Source of the DNA: Octopus vulgaris
Lineage: Eukaryota
Assembly (NCBI GenBank): GCA_951406725.2
Contig: OX597814.1
Coordinates: forward strand, 123,938,001 to 124,002,000
Length of the DNA: 64,000 nucleotides
Direction of reading: 5' to 3'
Under the pieces are notes generated by a model. That model had not been told where the DNA came from. It saw only the letters and a list, made by a program, of their open reading frames with translations, and ran no database searches. Shown here one piece after another: positions 13,269 to 27,961 of the stretch. Position 1 is the first letter of the stretch, and each line of letters begins with the position of its first letter. The translations under genes were made by a program, and so were the position numbers.

Positions 13269-13534
13269 GCAAGTAGACTTCCCTGTTTTTTTTTATTCAT
13301 TTTAAAAATAATTTTTAACTCTTTTCCTGTCCAAAGCATTTTCATAAATTTGACCAAAATGCCCATGCTTGTTTCCAGACTTCTTTTGGTTATTGGAAGT
13401 TTGGTTTAGTTGGTGGGTTATGTGTGGTGGCACTATATTTGTTGATAGGTAATATATACATATATAGATAGAGATAGAGAGAGAGAGAACAAAGTGTACG
13501 TATGCCACTATATATATATATATATATATATATG

Positions 13535-14335
13535 TAAAATACAAAATGGGACAAGAACGCAAAACATCCGGATGACTAGGTGATACAAAAAGGGACAACA
13601 AAACATCAACTGGGGACGAATTGAATTTAGCTGGCATGTGTGGAAATGAAACCTTATGGCAGAGATACAAAACTTTCACAAACACAGGGAAGAATATGAA
13701 TGTGGAAGTGACCACAGTCAGATGCAAAAAGAGGGCTAGCAGTCTGGCCAATCAGTCACTTGAGAAGAGAAGAGAGAGAAAAATAGGAAATATGAAATAT
13801 GAAAGCAAATGAGTTAAATACACAAACAATGTGAGAAAAAATGGAAAACAGGACAAGTAAACACAGAGAATGACCCTTCATCAGTTGTTGGCTGTCTATC
13901 TACTCCTCATTTTGAGCATTCAATAACAGTATGAGTCTTCAAAGACAGTTGCTCCCATAAATTCTAAAATCAAATTTAGGATTTATGGAGGGTCTAAGTT
14001 AGGAAAAAAGACAGGACAGTGGAGACATACAAGGAGACCAAACGAAAACAAACATGGAGGGTCGTTAGACCAGAATGAGAGGAAAATAATGAATGCTGGG
14101 AGAAATGTTTTCTTTGAAAAGAGAAAAGATAGAAGAGAGAGAATGAAAATATTCATTCCTTTGAACGTTCGTGCAGGAAAAGATGGTTACGTGAGGAAAA
14201 GAAAGATGGACGATGGTCACGTGTGAGCAATGAGAGAGAGAAAAAGAGAAAGAGGTGGGGAGAGAGAGAGAGACAGATAGAAAATGGTGACAGAGGGAAG
14301 GGAGAAAAAGGGAATTAGAGAAGGATGGAGGAAGA
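13535..14335. repeat. Unclassified interspersed repeat, possibly Penelope-related
   Basis: Starts right after a (TA)n tract, has duplicated GGGACAA..AAAACATC motifs, a minus-strand CTGATGAAGGG at about 13874-13884 and a purine-rich end; no clear coding signal. Confidence 0.35.
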
Positions 14336-15015
14336 AAACAGCTTTTGTTTCATATGTTCTGAGTAATATAAGCTTCTTACCATAAACTACTCTGGTGGCT
14401 GAAAAAATTGGGGATGAATATCATGTGATTTATAGACACAAAAATTATGCCCTCTGTTTCACATCTGATACACAGGACAAGGAAAGAGTTAAAATCCATG
14501 AATGAATTGTTTGATTATTTAGTCTGATGTCATGTGATGATTGTAAACCAGCATCGCCATCATTATTACCATGGTTTGAAACAGATAAGGGTTGGTGACA
14601 GTAAAGTCATCTGGCCATAGAAAAATTTACTTTTAGGAATTTAGACTGACACATGCAAGAATGGAAAAGTGAACTTTAAATGATAATGAGGAAATGATGA
14701 TGAGAAGATACAAGACCAATTATCTATGTAGGTGGTTCACTTCTTGAAAAATTCTACCCATGGTTGTCACAATGCTTCCTTTATGTTGCAGTGATGTAAT
14801 GTAAAGTAAAAACATTGAGTAAAGGTGAGTAGGCTTTTGTGTGTGTGTAAGTAGTGGTGGTGGTGGTGGGCAGGATGCTGCTTGCTGCTTCAGAATAGAG
14901 GAGATGTTGATGTTGAGGAGACACAGAGAGAAGACAATATCTCTAGACTATCCATCTATTTAGTGAGCTACTTAACTATCTGTATGCTAGATGTTCCTCT
15001 GTTAGACATTTATAA

Positions 15016-15082
<67 letters not shown>

Positions 15083-15173
15083 ATGTATATGTGTATGAGC
15101 ATTCGCACACTCATGTGTCTGTGTATGTTTGTGTGTGAGTGTGTGTGTGTGTGTATGTGTGTATGTATATGTA

Positions 15174-15205
<32 letters not shown>

Positions 15206-15372
15206 CAAATACATATATACATACATACATGTATGTATATATTTATAAATATATATATATATATGCATATGCATATATACACACATATACATGCACATAT
15301 GCATGCCCATACACACACATACATGCACACACATAAATGCACACACATATGTATACATACATACATACATAT

Positions 15373-15431
<59 letters not shown>

Positions 15432-15552
15432 AAGAGACGGAAATGTATATAAATACATATATCTTGTTGTATCTCAGGGGGGTCATTATGCAGACCAAAT
15501 ACAAAAAACATATATATGTTTATGCATATGCATACATACATATATACATACT

Positions 15553-15599
<47 letters not shown>

Positions 15600-16125
15600 G
15601 TATATATTTATATATACACATACACACCTCTACATATGTGTATGTATGTATTTCATAGCTAAATGTCTGACATGAGTTATTGCCAAAATAGTTCATAGTT
15701 CCACACTATTAACCCCATCTTTCATGTTAATTATATATATAACTGTAGTTGTTCCAATATCCCTGTTACTTTTGTCAATGATTTAAGAGTATTTATATAT
15801 ATATAAGTATGCACCTCCCTCCACTCCTAGATACATTTACCACAAAAGTATATATGTTTAAGTCATTTTATATAGTTCTTCAAAACAACAGGGGATCATT
15901 TATATGACCAATCAACCTGTCAGAAATAGCAGCCAAATACATTTTAAATAATATCTTACTGTTTTTAAAATAGTAGGACACTCTAGGTAATATATTTGTG
16001 GAGATACAAGGGGTTAATGGCCATGACTGGAAAGCTGCTGATATTGTCCTGATCATTCAGAGAACAGACTTGAGGATAAACTATGACAGCTACAAAATAC
16101 ACTTTGGTGCTGTATATTTTGAAAA

Positions 16126-16519
16126 TCTATCTATATATATAAAGCTGAAGTTGTCTGTGTGTGGCAGGTTTGGTAGCCTTCAACTAACACTATCTCCTCT
16201 GAGACCCTGCAGCGCAAGTTGACCAAAATTGAGAGTATGATAGAAGAAGGCTTGCTTTTCCTTCCGTAGAAGATAAAATTCAAATCGGACCATGTTAAGA
16301 CCAAATATTATTTACATCAAAAAGGTGCTTTTTTGCTATGAAAATCCCTATTTTTTACGATTCTTTGACTGCCATGTCGACATTTTTTGGTGTATTTCAA
16401 CCAGAAAAATGTTCACTTAAAGAGAAAAACAAGCTACATAATGCCAAAATTTTTACTTTCAAAAATTCCAATTCTTAAGGGTCGAAACAAATCCAAGCAA
16501 TGCTGGGCAATACTGCTAG
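16126..16519 (+). mobile_element. Non-autonomous Helitron-like element
   Basis: A|TCTAT..ATATAAAG 5' end, subterminal hairpin CCAAGCAATGCTGGG and CTAG|T 3' end; no TSD. Confidence 0.7.
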
Positions 16520-16702
16520 TATTTATTATAGTCAAAATACTAGACCAGTAGTTCTCAACTGGGGTCGATATAAACCTTACAGGTCCATATGAACCTTGTG
16601 GCATCCATATAAGATTTTTCATTCAAATTTATGTGCAGTAAACTGGTTATGCTTCTACAAGGCACAAAACATTTTAAGACCTATTTTATACAATTTATAG
16701 TT

Positions 16703-17005
16703 GCAGGAGTGGCTGTGTGGTAAGTAGCTTGCTTACCAACCACGTGGTTCCAAGTTCATTCCCACTGCGTGGCACCTTGGGCAAGTGTTTTCTACTATAT
16801 CCTTGGGCCGACCAAAGCATTGTGAGTGGATTTGATAGATGGAAACTGAAAAAAAGTCTGTTGTATATATGTATATATATATATGTATGTGTGTATATGT
16901 TTGTGTGTCTGTGTTTGTCCCTTCAACATCGCTTGACAACCGATGGTGGTGTGTTTACATCCCCGTAACTTAGCAGTTCAGCAAAATAGACCGATAAAAT
17001 AAGTA
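16703..17005 (+). mobile_element. SINE family A copy (3' truncated)
   Basis: GCAGGAGTGGCTGTGTGGTAAGTAGCTTGCTTACCAACC head and conserved body. Confidence 0.9.
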
Positions 17006-17773
17006 TCTCCTCCTCCTCTCTTATTTCCATCCCTTTCTTATCCCTCCTCCTCTTCACCTCTATTCTACACCTCCTTTCTTCACCTCCTCTTCTTCCCTTC
17101 CTCTTCTTCCCCCTCCTCCCCCCTCTCCACCACCACCATCATCCCCATCATCATCATCATTGTTTTAACACCCATTTTTCCTTGCTTACTTCTTCAGTTG
17201 GATGGACCTTTTTTTGAGGCAGATTTTCCCCTCAGCCACACGTCCTTCCTTCCTGCCACGCCAATCCTCACCTGTTTCCAAGCAAGGTAATTAATATTCT
17301 CCTCCACCCCCACCCCAACCTCACCATGGCCAGACATCGTTTTCTGATTCTTTCTTTCTTTTTTTTTTCTTTTTGTGCTGAACACTGGAAACTGAACGAC
17401 ACTGCTCGTATGTGAATGACTCTCATTTACTACTATCATGTGATGTTAAGACACAGTGACACATTCTAAAACACACACACGCACACACAAACACAAATAC
17501 AAACACACACACACACACACACACACGCATTTATATTTTTAAGATCTTGTCTGACAAGTGATTTGATCCGAGACTGTGTTGAAACTAAAACAATTACAAC
17601 ATTGAAGAAACATCTTAGCCTTTCAAAACATACAAAAAACTGTTAACTTCAATTAAATATTTTTTTTATTTAGTGTCAAATTTTTGACACTAAATAATAA
17701 ATGCTTAAGTGAATTTAACAGTTTGTGTGTGTTTTGAATGGCCGTGTGACTTCCATGCTGAAATTGTGTTACA

Positions 17774-18692
<919 letters not shown>

Positions 18693-19467
18693 AATTAATG
18701 CTTGTTTTCCATGCTGGCGTAAGTTGGATGGTTTGATAGGAGTTGGCAAGCCGGAAGACTGCACCAAATCCTGGAGTCTGTTGATGGATGACCTTCCTCG
18801 TGTCGGGACTATTTACACAGTGCACTGAGTACTTTTCATATGACACTGGCACCAGTGAGGTCACCAGCCAAGAGGGCGAGTGGTATGGAGAGAGGTGGAT
18901 TTTGTGCCAAGTGATGGAGAGGACAGAAACAGGTGTTTTGCTGTTGGGGAGATACATGGGTATCCCAGTTGGAGAGAGAGGGAGAGAGAAAGAGAGATAG
19001 AGATAGAAAGAAAGAGAAAGAGAGAAAGATAGCTAGCTAGACAGATAGATAGAGAGAGAGAGAGGGAGAGAGAGAAAGAGAGAGGGAGAGAGGTAGAGAG
19101 AGAGAAAGAAAAAGAAAGAGAGAGAAAGAAAAAGAGAGAGAGAAAGAGAGAAAGATAGATAGAAAGAGAGAAAGCTAGACAGATAGATAGAGAGAGAGAG
19201 AGAAAGAGAGAAAGAAAGAGAAAGAGAGAGAGAAAGTGAGATAGAGATAGAAAGAAAGAGAGAGAAAGATAGCTAGCTAGACAGATAGATAGAGAGGAAG
19301 AGAGAGAGGAAGAGAGAGAAAGAGAGAGGGAGAGAGGTAGAGAGAGAGAAAGAAAAAGAGAGAGAGAAAGAGAGAAAGATAGATAGAAAGAGAGAAAGTG
19401 AGATAGATAGAGAGAGAAAGAGAGATAGAAAGAAAGAGAGACAGAAAGAGAAAGAGAGAGAAAGAGA

Positions 19468-19616
19468 AAAATACCTTAGGAATGAGAACCCAGGTTCAAA
19501 ATTTCCCCCAAGACACCTAATGAAGGCTGGAGGGTATATCAGCTGAAACGTGTTAACAACAAACAAGATGAGGACAAATACCCGTCGAATGTAAATAATG
19601 TAAATAATGTAAATAA
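19468..19616 (+). mobile_element. 3' half of the tRNA-head/hammerhead element (core mutated CTAATGA)
   Basis: ATACCTTAGGAATGAGAACCC..GACAC-CTAATGA-AGGCTG..CAGCT-GAAACG..AACAACAAACAAGATGAGGAC..(TGTAAATAA)n; same family as 37521-37770. Confidence 0.75.
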
Positions 19617-19892
19617 CTCTGATGTTGCACTTCCAACATTGTGTACTAACTTCATTCCTCCTGACTTTTCACATGTCCTCTGCATTAAGGGCCTGGGGTC
19701 TCACTATCATGGAGTATAACAGTTCATACACAAGCATCATACAATCTACATTTCAATCTGAGAAAGAGAGAGAGGCCTTTTGCTGTCATCAAAAGTAATA
19801 GCTCTCTGAATTTTCCCCATCATATTCTTATTCTAGTAACTATGTTTTCAGAACATCCTCCTCCACTGCTAATTTGGTCACCTAAATATACT

Positions 19893-20095
19893 CTTTTACT
19901 CTTTTTACTCTTTTACTTGTTTCCGTCATTTGACTGCGACCATACTGGAGCACTGCCTTTTAGTTGAGCAAATCACCCCCAGGATTTATTTTTTGTAAGC
20001 CTAGTACTTATCCTATCGGTCTCTTTTGCTGAACCGCTAAGTTACGGGGACGTAAACACACCAGCATCAGTTGTCAAGCAATGTTACAGACACAT

Positions 20096-20142
<47 letters not shown>

Positions 20143-20317
20143 CATATACATATATACGACGGGCTTCTTTCAGTTTCCATCTACCAAATCCACTCACAAG
20201 GTTTTTGTTGGCCCGAGGCTATAGTAGAAGACACTTGGCCAAGGTGCCATGCAGTGGGACTGAACCCGGAACCATGTGGTTGGTAAGGAAGCTACTTATC
20301 ACACAGCCACTCCTGCA
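19893..20317 (-). mobile_element. SINE family A copy (others 22931-23297 -, 25860-26310 +, 34088-34466 +, 41721-41996 +, 44040-44443 +, 60695-61320 +)
   Basis: Full-length head-to-tail match to the other family A copies. Confidence 0.9.
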
Positions 20318-20774
20318 TTTAAAAGGTAGAAGGTTGACTTTGGTTATGTTTGAACGCACTACAGAGGTGCTTGGAACGAATGTAGTTGTTATCACTAAGG
20401 ATGCTCCATCATCCTCATCATCATTCAGTGTCCATTTTCCATACTGGCAAGGGTTGGATGGTTTTGACATAGAGCTGGCCAGCTGGGGAGCTTTTCAGAC
20501 TCCAATTTTCTGTTGTGGCATGGTTTCTATGGCTGGATGCCCTTCCAAACACCAACCACTTTACAGATGGCTGTCATAGAAGACACTTGCTAAAGATGAC
20601 ACATAGAATGTAAAGATGGATGAAATGCTGCTAAGCTTTGCTCAGCTTGTTAACGATTCTGCCAGCTCATCGCATTGCCAATCTACGAAAATTAGTTTCA
20701 AAGTTTGGCGCAAAGCCAGTGATTTTGGGGGAGGGGTAAGTCGATTACACCAACCCATTATCTCACAGGTACAT

Positions 20775-21835
20775 ATTGGGTCATGCCATCAATAATGTAG
20801 TTTTTTTCAATTGAATGAACAAAAAGTTGGAAGGGAACAGAATAAACTACCTGCATCAACTTGCCATAAAAGCAGGTAATACTTTTACCTTGTACTTATT
20901 CTTAGTACAAGTTTTGAAGAGTGCAGTTTGATTTTAACAGTTATTCTTTCAAAGCTATAATGGAAGTGACACAGGAGCATATTTGACATATTTTGCTTTA
21001 TGAGTTCAATAAAGGCAATAACGCAATGGAATGTGTGAAGAATATTAATGCAGTAAATGGAAATTGGACAGTAAGTGTAAGCCAGTGTCAACAGTGGTTC
21101 CAGAAGATGAGCCTTGTCCCAGAAGATATGTAGAGCTTGATGAGGATGTTCTGCAAACCCTGGTGGAACAAAATCCTATCGTAACTGTTGAGGAACTAGC
21201 AGAGAAGCTTGGATTTGGTCATTTTCTGATACCTGCATACCATCGGAAAAGTCAGCAAATTGGGTCAGTGGGTTCCTCACAAACTTTTCACATCTAATCA
21301 CGTGTAAAGAGTGAGTGTGTAGTTTTCTTTGCTGTCATGTCTCAGGAATGAACCTTTTTTGGACTGAATAGTGACTGGTGATGAGAAATAGGTTCTCTAT
21401 AAAAATGTCAAGTACTGAAGACAGTGTGTAGGAAAAGGAGAAACACCGGCACCCCGAGCTAAAGAAGGTCTTCACCGATGTAAGGTGTTGCTATTTGTTT
21501 GGTGGGTTATGAAAGGTTAAGTCTACTTTGGGCTTTTAAACTCAAACCAAATGATAACAAAGGAAATCTGCCACAAGCAGCTTGAGTGGTTTAAGTCAGC
21601 ACTAGAAGAAAAACAACCATCTTTGGTTTCAAAATGAAAGGTGTTCTTCCATCAGAATAATGCTTAGCCACATACAGTGAGGATGACATTCCAAAGGCTG
21701 GAGTAGTTTGAATGGGAAACGATGCCCCACTTAACATATTTGCTGGTTATTGCCCCATTTGATTATCATTTGTTCTACAGTTTTCAAAATCATTTGGATG
21801 GAAAAAATATGAATTCTGTAGACAAGATCTAAACA
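20775..21835 (+). mobile_element. Decayed mariner (DD34D) transposon
   Basis: Broken translation EDEP..R..ELDEDVLQTLVEQNP..TVEELAEKLG, WVPHKL, NEPFLD.IVTGDEK.VLY.N, HQNNA.PH, PFDYHLF..FQNHLDGK. Confidence 0.85.
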
Positions 21836-23425
21836 GTATATATATAATATACACACAACATCAAAATAAAAACTGAATGGATATTGTAGTTGTGATACCC
21901 ATGCCGGTGGCATGTAGGGCCTCACAGAGGAAATGACAAAGACCGAGACCTCTAAGATATGCTGTGACTGTGAAGACCTGACAAATGAAGTGAGTTCATG
22001 GCCTGCAGGATGGCCTGCTGTGCTAACCTTAGATTGTTGAGTGACCCGCTGTTCTTGAGGAGACCTATTGTGTCAAGTATGTCAACACCAACACCAAAAT
22101 GCAAATCAAATGGAAATTGTAGTTAAGATACCTGTGCTGGTGATATGTAAAAAGCACCGTCTGAACGTAGCTGATGCCAGCGCCGCCTGACTTGCATCCA
22201 TGTCGGTGACACGTAAAAAGCAACAAACTATCGTGGCCGTTTGCCAGCCTCCTCTGGCCCCTGTACTGGTGGCATGTAAAAAGCACCCACTACACTCACG
22301 GAGTGGTTGGCATTAAGAAGGGCATCCAGAGGTAGAAACACTGCCATATCAGACTGGTGCCAGGAGCAGCCTCCTGGCTTCCCAGACCCCGGTCAGACCA
22401 TCCAACCCATGCTAGCATGGAAAGCAGACATTAAACGATGATGATGATGAAGAAACATTATTTAAAGAGAAAAGAAGAATGGTCATTCCTTACCCAAGTG
22501 ACTTTATCTTATCACCCATCACTTGTTATGCACTCACAAATTACCGTATTTAATGACCTATAAGATGGATGAATGCATAGGATGCACCCTAGCCTAAGCT
22601 ATACTTTTGTAAAATAAATTACCACTAGAATAATGTTTTAATTCCTTCACTTATCTGTATAACTTTATGTTATTACTGGTGTTTATAAGCAATTTATTGC
22701 ATCCACATTCGATATAAACAAACCGTAGGTGATTGTTCACCAATAGATGGCTGCTAGGCTACTAGGCTACATCTACATGACCTCTGATGTATACTTTCAG
22801 CCAATAGTCATGAGTTTTGAGCCTACATTGAGTGCATTGGACGCAGGGGGATTTTTAAAGCCATTTTGGTGTAAAAATGGTGTGTTTTATAGGCCATCAA
22901 ATATGGTAGTTCGATAGTTGAGCTCTGAGAACTCTCTTTTACTCTTTTACTTGTTTCAGTCATTTGACTGCTGCCATGCTGGAGCACCACCTTTAGTCAA
23001 GCAAATCGACTCCAGGACCTATTCTTTGTAAGCCTAGAACTTATTCTATTGGTCTCTTTTGCTGAACCGCTTAGTTACGGGGACATAAACACGCCAGCAT
23101 CGGTTGTCAAGCGATGTTGGAGGGACAAACACAGACACACAAACACACATATATATATACATATATACGACAGGCTTCTTTTCAGTTTCCATTTACCAAA
23201 TCCTCTCACAATGTATTGGTTTGCCCAGCTCTGTAGTAGAAAACATTTGCTCAAGGTGCTGCCCAGTGGGACTGAACCTGAAACCATGTGGTTACAGAGT
23301 GAGCTGCAATAGGTCTGTTTCATCAGAAGCTGACCTGGGGCTAAATAACAACAGCAAAAACAAAAGCTTTAAATGTTCTCCAGTCATAAAGTTGCCTTTG
23401 ATTACATGGTCTATTGTTTAGTAGA

Positions 23426-23473
<48 letters not shown>

Positions 23474-25186
23474 GAGAGACAGAGAGTGAGAGTGAGAGAG
23501 AGAGTAAGAGAGAGAGTGAGAGAAAGAGAGTCAGAGAGTTAGAGAAAGGGAGAGAAAGAGAAGGGATGGAGAGAAAAGAAAAGATAGAAAGAGAAAAGAA
23601 GGGGGTTGAGTGGAAGAAGAGGGAGAAGATGAGAGAGGATGAGAGGGAAAATCTGTATGTGTGTGTGTGTGTGCATGTATCTGCTTGTATACATACATTC
23701 TCATATATATAAAATGGTGATGACACACACACACACACACACACATATGTATATATGTATGTATGTATGTATGTATGTAAGTATGTATGTGTATATATAT
23801 ATATATGTATATGTATGTATGTATGTATGTATGTATGATATAAGTATTCAGTCTTGAAGATGTATATGTATGTATATGTGTGTGTGTGTGTATGTGTGTG
23901 TGTGTGTATGTGTGGCAGGGGAGGTGTGTAGTGATCTCATGTACAGATTGGAGTTTTATCTCCTACACAGATTGAAGTATATTGCATTGATAAAAATCAC
24001 TGTTTTATCTCATTATATTGTCTATCACACTTTACTGATCGTGTTAGAGCTCTTGTTGTTGTTATTGTTGTTGTTGTTGGTGGTGGTGGTGATGGCATTG
24101 GTACAAAAACAATAGGAAAATAAAAACATATATTGATATGCAAACAGGAAGCTGAATAGACAGATGGTTGTGAATACTAAGTCTTTTCCTGGTGAAGAAT
24201 CTAACACTCAACACAGACTAGTGATTAGTGACTTTAGAGTTAGAACTAGATGGACCAAAGAGAGAAAAAAAACAGTTTGGATAAGGAAGATATGACAGCT
24301 AAAAATCCCTCGGTTTGATACAGGTCCAAGGAAAGTGGAGGCACATGGCCTAGTAGTTAGAGCAGCGGACTCACGGTCGAGGGATCGTGGGTTGGAATCT
24401 CAGGCCGGGTGATGTGTGTGTTTATGAGCAAAACACCTTAGCTCCACGTGGATCCGGCAGAAGGTAATAACGAGCTTCTGCTGTCTCTTTCACTACAACT
24501 TTCTCTTGCTCTTTCCTCCTGCATCTTGCAGCTCACCTGCGACGGACCGGTGTCCCATCCAGGTGGGGAACCTATACGCCAAGGAAACCGAGAAACCAGC
24601 CCTTATGAGCCAGGCATGACTCAAAAAGGAACAAAGTCCAAGGAAGTACTAGGGTGACAAGCAAGTACTATGAAGGTGGAGGAGGTACAGTTCTGTTTAT
24701 TTCATTTTCCTTTGTGACTTGAATGTTCAGAAGGAGGAGAATTGAGGGTTTCTGTGGGTTTCTGAGAGTCAGCCTTCTGTGAGTCACAGAGTGGGTCTGC
24801 AGATGGTGTATGGTTCCAGCTAGATGGAAGGGGACATGATTGTGGAATGGCAATGTAGTAATGTAGATAGAGCCATAAATGATAAGGGACAGGCCATGCT
24901 TTCTAGAATGGAAGAAAGGAGAGGTAGAAAGAAACAGTATGAAGAGAAGCCAGATGTTAGGTTTACATAGAATGGAGAGAAGTGGAAAGTAAAGAGGCTT
25001 GCCTAAGCTCTGTGACGTGAGAGATTTTCAAGATTGTAAACGATGTGTCTGTATGAATCAGGATGTTGTTGGTGAAGGTGTGATAATGGTGCACCTGTGT
25101 TCACTGAGGCTAAGAAGGAGATAGAAAACTATGAGTTTCTGAATTAGGAGAAAGCATGAGAGAAAGAGAGAGAGAGAAAGGAAGAA

Positions 25187-25220
<34 letters not shown>

Positions 25221-25599
25221 TAGAAAGAAAGAAGGGGAGAAAGAGAGAAAAAGATAAACATGTATTATTATCATCATCATCATCATCATCAGTTAACGTC
25301 TGCTTTCCATGCTAGCATGGGTTGGACGATTTGACTGAGATCTGGTGAACCAGATGGCTGCACCAGGCTCCAGTCTGATCTGGGAGAGTTTCTACAGCTG
25401 GATGCCCTTCCTAATGCCAACCACTCCGAGAGTGTAGTGGGTGCTTTTACTTGCATATATACGTAGAGAGAGAGAGAGAGAGAGGGGGAGAGAGAGGGGG
25501 AGAGAGAGAGGGAGAGAGAGAGGGAGAGAGAGAGAGAATGCTCCAGATAGATCCAACTAGAGATCAGCAAATGAAGTTGAGTGTTGTATGGTCAAAATG

Positions 25600-26030
25600 G
25601 CTGTTAAGGATAAGCAGTTGAACCTGTAACAAGGAATTATAGCATAACTAACTTGGAAGAAATTAGCTTAGATGAGATATAGTTTGGATTTGTATCAGGA
25701 CAGGGTACTGCAAAAGCTATTTTTCATTCGAGACAACTCTTGGAGAAGTTCTGAGCATTGAATTAACCTCTGCTCCTAGTATTCATTTACCTGGGTAAGG
25801 CTATTGACAAGATACCATTCTTTGTAGTCTGGTGATTGCTAATGAGGGATACAGAAATAGGCGCAGGAGTGGTTGTGTGGTAAGTAGCTTGCTTACCAAC
25901 CACATGGTACTAGGTTTATTCCCACTGCATGGCACCTTGGGCAAGTGTCTTCTATTATAGCCTCGGGCCTACCAAAGCCTTGTGAGTGGATTTGGTAGAT
26001 GGAAACTGAAAGCAGCCTGTCGTATATATG

Positions 26031-26099
<69 letters not shown>

Positions 26100-26530
26100 A
26101 TATGTATGTGTGTCTGTGTTTGTCCCTCTAACATCACTTGACAACCGATGCTGGTGTGTTTGCATCCCCGTAACTTAGCGGTTCGGCAAAAGAGACCGAT
26201 AGAATAAGTACTAGGCTTACAAAGAATAAGTCCTGGGGTCGATTTGCTTGACTAAAGGTGGTGCTCTAGCATGGCCACAGTCAAATGACTGAAACAAGTA
26301 AAAGAGTAAATGCTGTCAGTAAGATGAGAGCTAGAAATGAATTTTGTGAGGAAGTTAGTGTACAGAGGTGATGGTCACGGTCCATTTCTCAGTCTTTCTA
26401 GTTTATTATAGTATTAGTCCAGACGATAACAGAGGAATTTAAGACCAGCTGTCCATGGGAACTTCTGTATACTGGTGTCTTAATTCTCATAGATGAATTT
26501 GAAAGAAATTTGAAAGTCGGAAAGAAAGTC
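25600..26530 (+). mobile_element. Highly decayed RTE LINE RT fragment split by a family A SINE
   Basis: FGFVSGQGTAKAIF..., VFIYLGKAIDKIP..VVW, then EEFKTSCPWELLY.; SINE at 25860-26310. Confidence 0.65.
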
Positions 26531-27961
26531 TAGTAAACACCAAAGTTTTGGTCTGCAGGAAAGAAAAATGGTAGGATTCTATTAATATTTTGGAGATGAG
26601 CACGATTGATATGCTGAAAAGGAATTGAAAAGGGTAGATTTTTATGATGTGCATGTTTAAAATATACAAAGTGCATTATTGAATAGTAGAAAAAAAGGTA
26701 TGGGTAATGAATGTGGAGGATGGAAGAGCATGTTCTGCTGGATGAGTAATAATAACAATATATGGAAGACAGAACACAAATGAACTGAGAGAAAAATTGA
26801 ATATATAAATAATAATCAAATGTAATGTGTAAGAAAGACCGTCACAACAGAGATGTGATGCATAAGGAGAATGGTAGTTGGATACAGAAGTCATAAGAGA
26901 TCTGGAAGGAATCTGTGGAGGAGGAAAACCAATCAAGACATGAGAAGAAGTGACGAGATGCTGTGCTGGAGAAGAAGAGAAGCCCCATCTGACCAACATA
27001 GTTATGTGAACAAATCCCACTGGTTCTATTCATTGGCATGACTTGTCGAAAATACAACTTCAAGATGGAGGCCTTTATATACATCTGTGTGCCAAATAAG
27101 AACAGTAGGGCTGTTGTGAAACACTTTTGTGCTCCTTCTCTGTATGTATGCATATGTGTATGTACACACACACACACATGCATGTATGAATGCACACACA
27201 CATCATTTGATGTCTGTTTTCCATGCTGGTATTGGTTGGATGGTTTTACAGGAGGTGGTTAGGCAGAAGACTGCACCAGGCTTCACTGTCTGTTTTGGCA
27301 TCTCTGGATGGAGCAGTTGTACCACAAGCTCTAGGGCAGTGCTACTCAAAGTGGTGGTCCGCAGACCGGTGCCAGTCCATGAGCTATCAGCTGCTGGTGC
27401 AAGGCGAGTTTCCAGAAAAGAAAGAAACATTATAAAATGCTTGTAAGATGCTTATGTAATATTGTATTATTTGTTTACAAAATAAATACTTAAAAAATTG
27501 TTAACTTTTATTATATCTATAATATATATTGTTTCCGGTATAAATTAATATTACTAAGAAATATTACCGGTCTGTTTTCTTTTTCGTTTTCTGGTTTTCC
27601 AATCTTCCTTTTATATCTGCTTTTATATACTACTTTTATATCTACTTCTTTCTCATCTTTTCTCACTTTTCACTCATCCTAGCCTTCTATTTTTAGCTTG
27701 TTATGCCATGTGGGCAGAGCCTGAAGATTGTGCTGAGACATCAGACATGTTAAAAAATACTGTCTGGCATGTTTTCGTTGCATAAAACTAACAGTAGCAC
27801 ATAAAAGCATCTTTTGTGTTTATTAAATAATAATTGTAATATATATCTCTCATTTGATGGAGCTTTTTGATCTTATCATCAAAGAACAGAATACTATGTG
27901 TATATATATTTGTGTGTGCGTGTGTGTTTATGTATGTATGCATGTGTGTATGGCAATGAAC

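Noticed and set aside
13860-13925. Possible type II hammerhead on the minus strand (..GCTCAAAA...CTGATGAAGGG)
   Set aside because: GAAA box is mutated and stems I and III could not be assigned.
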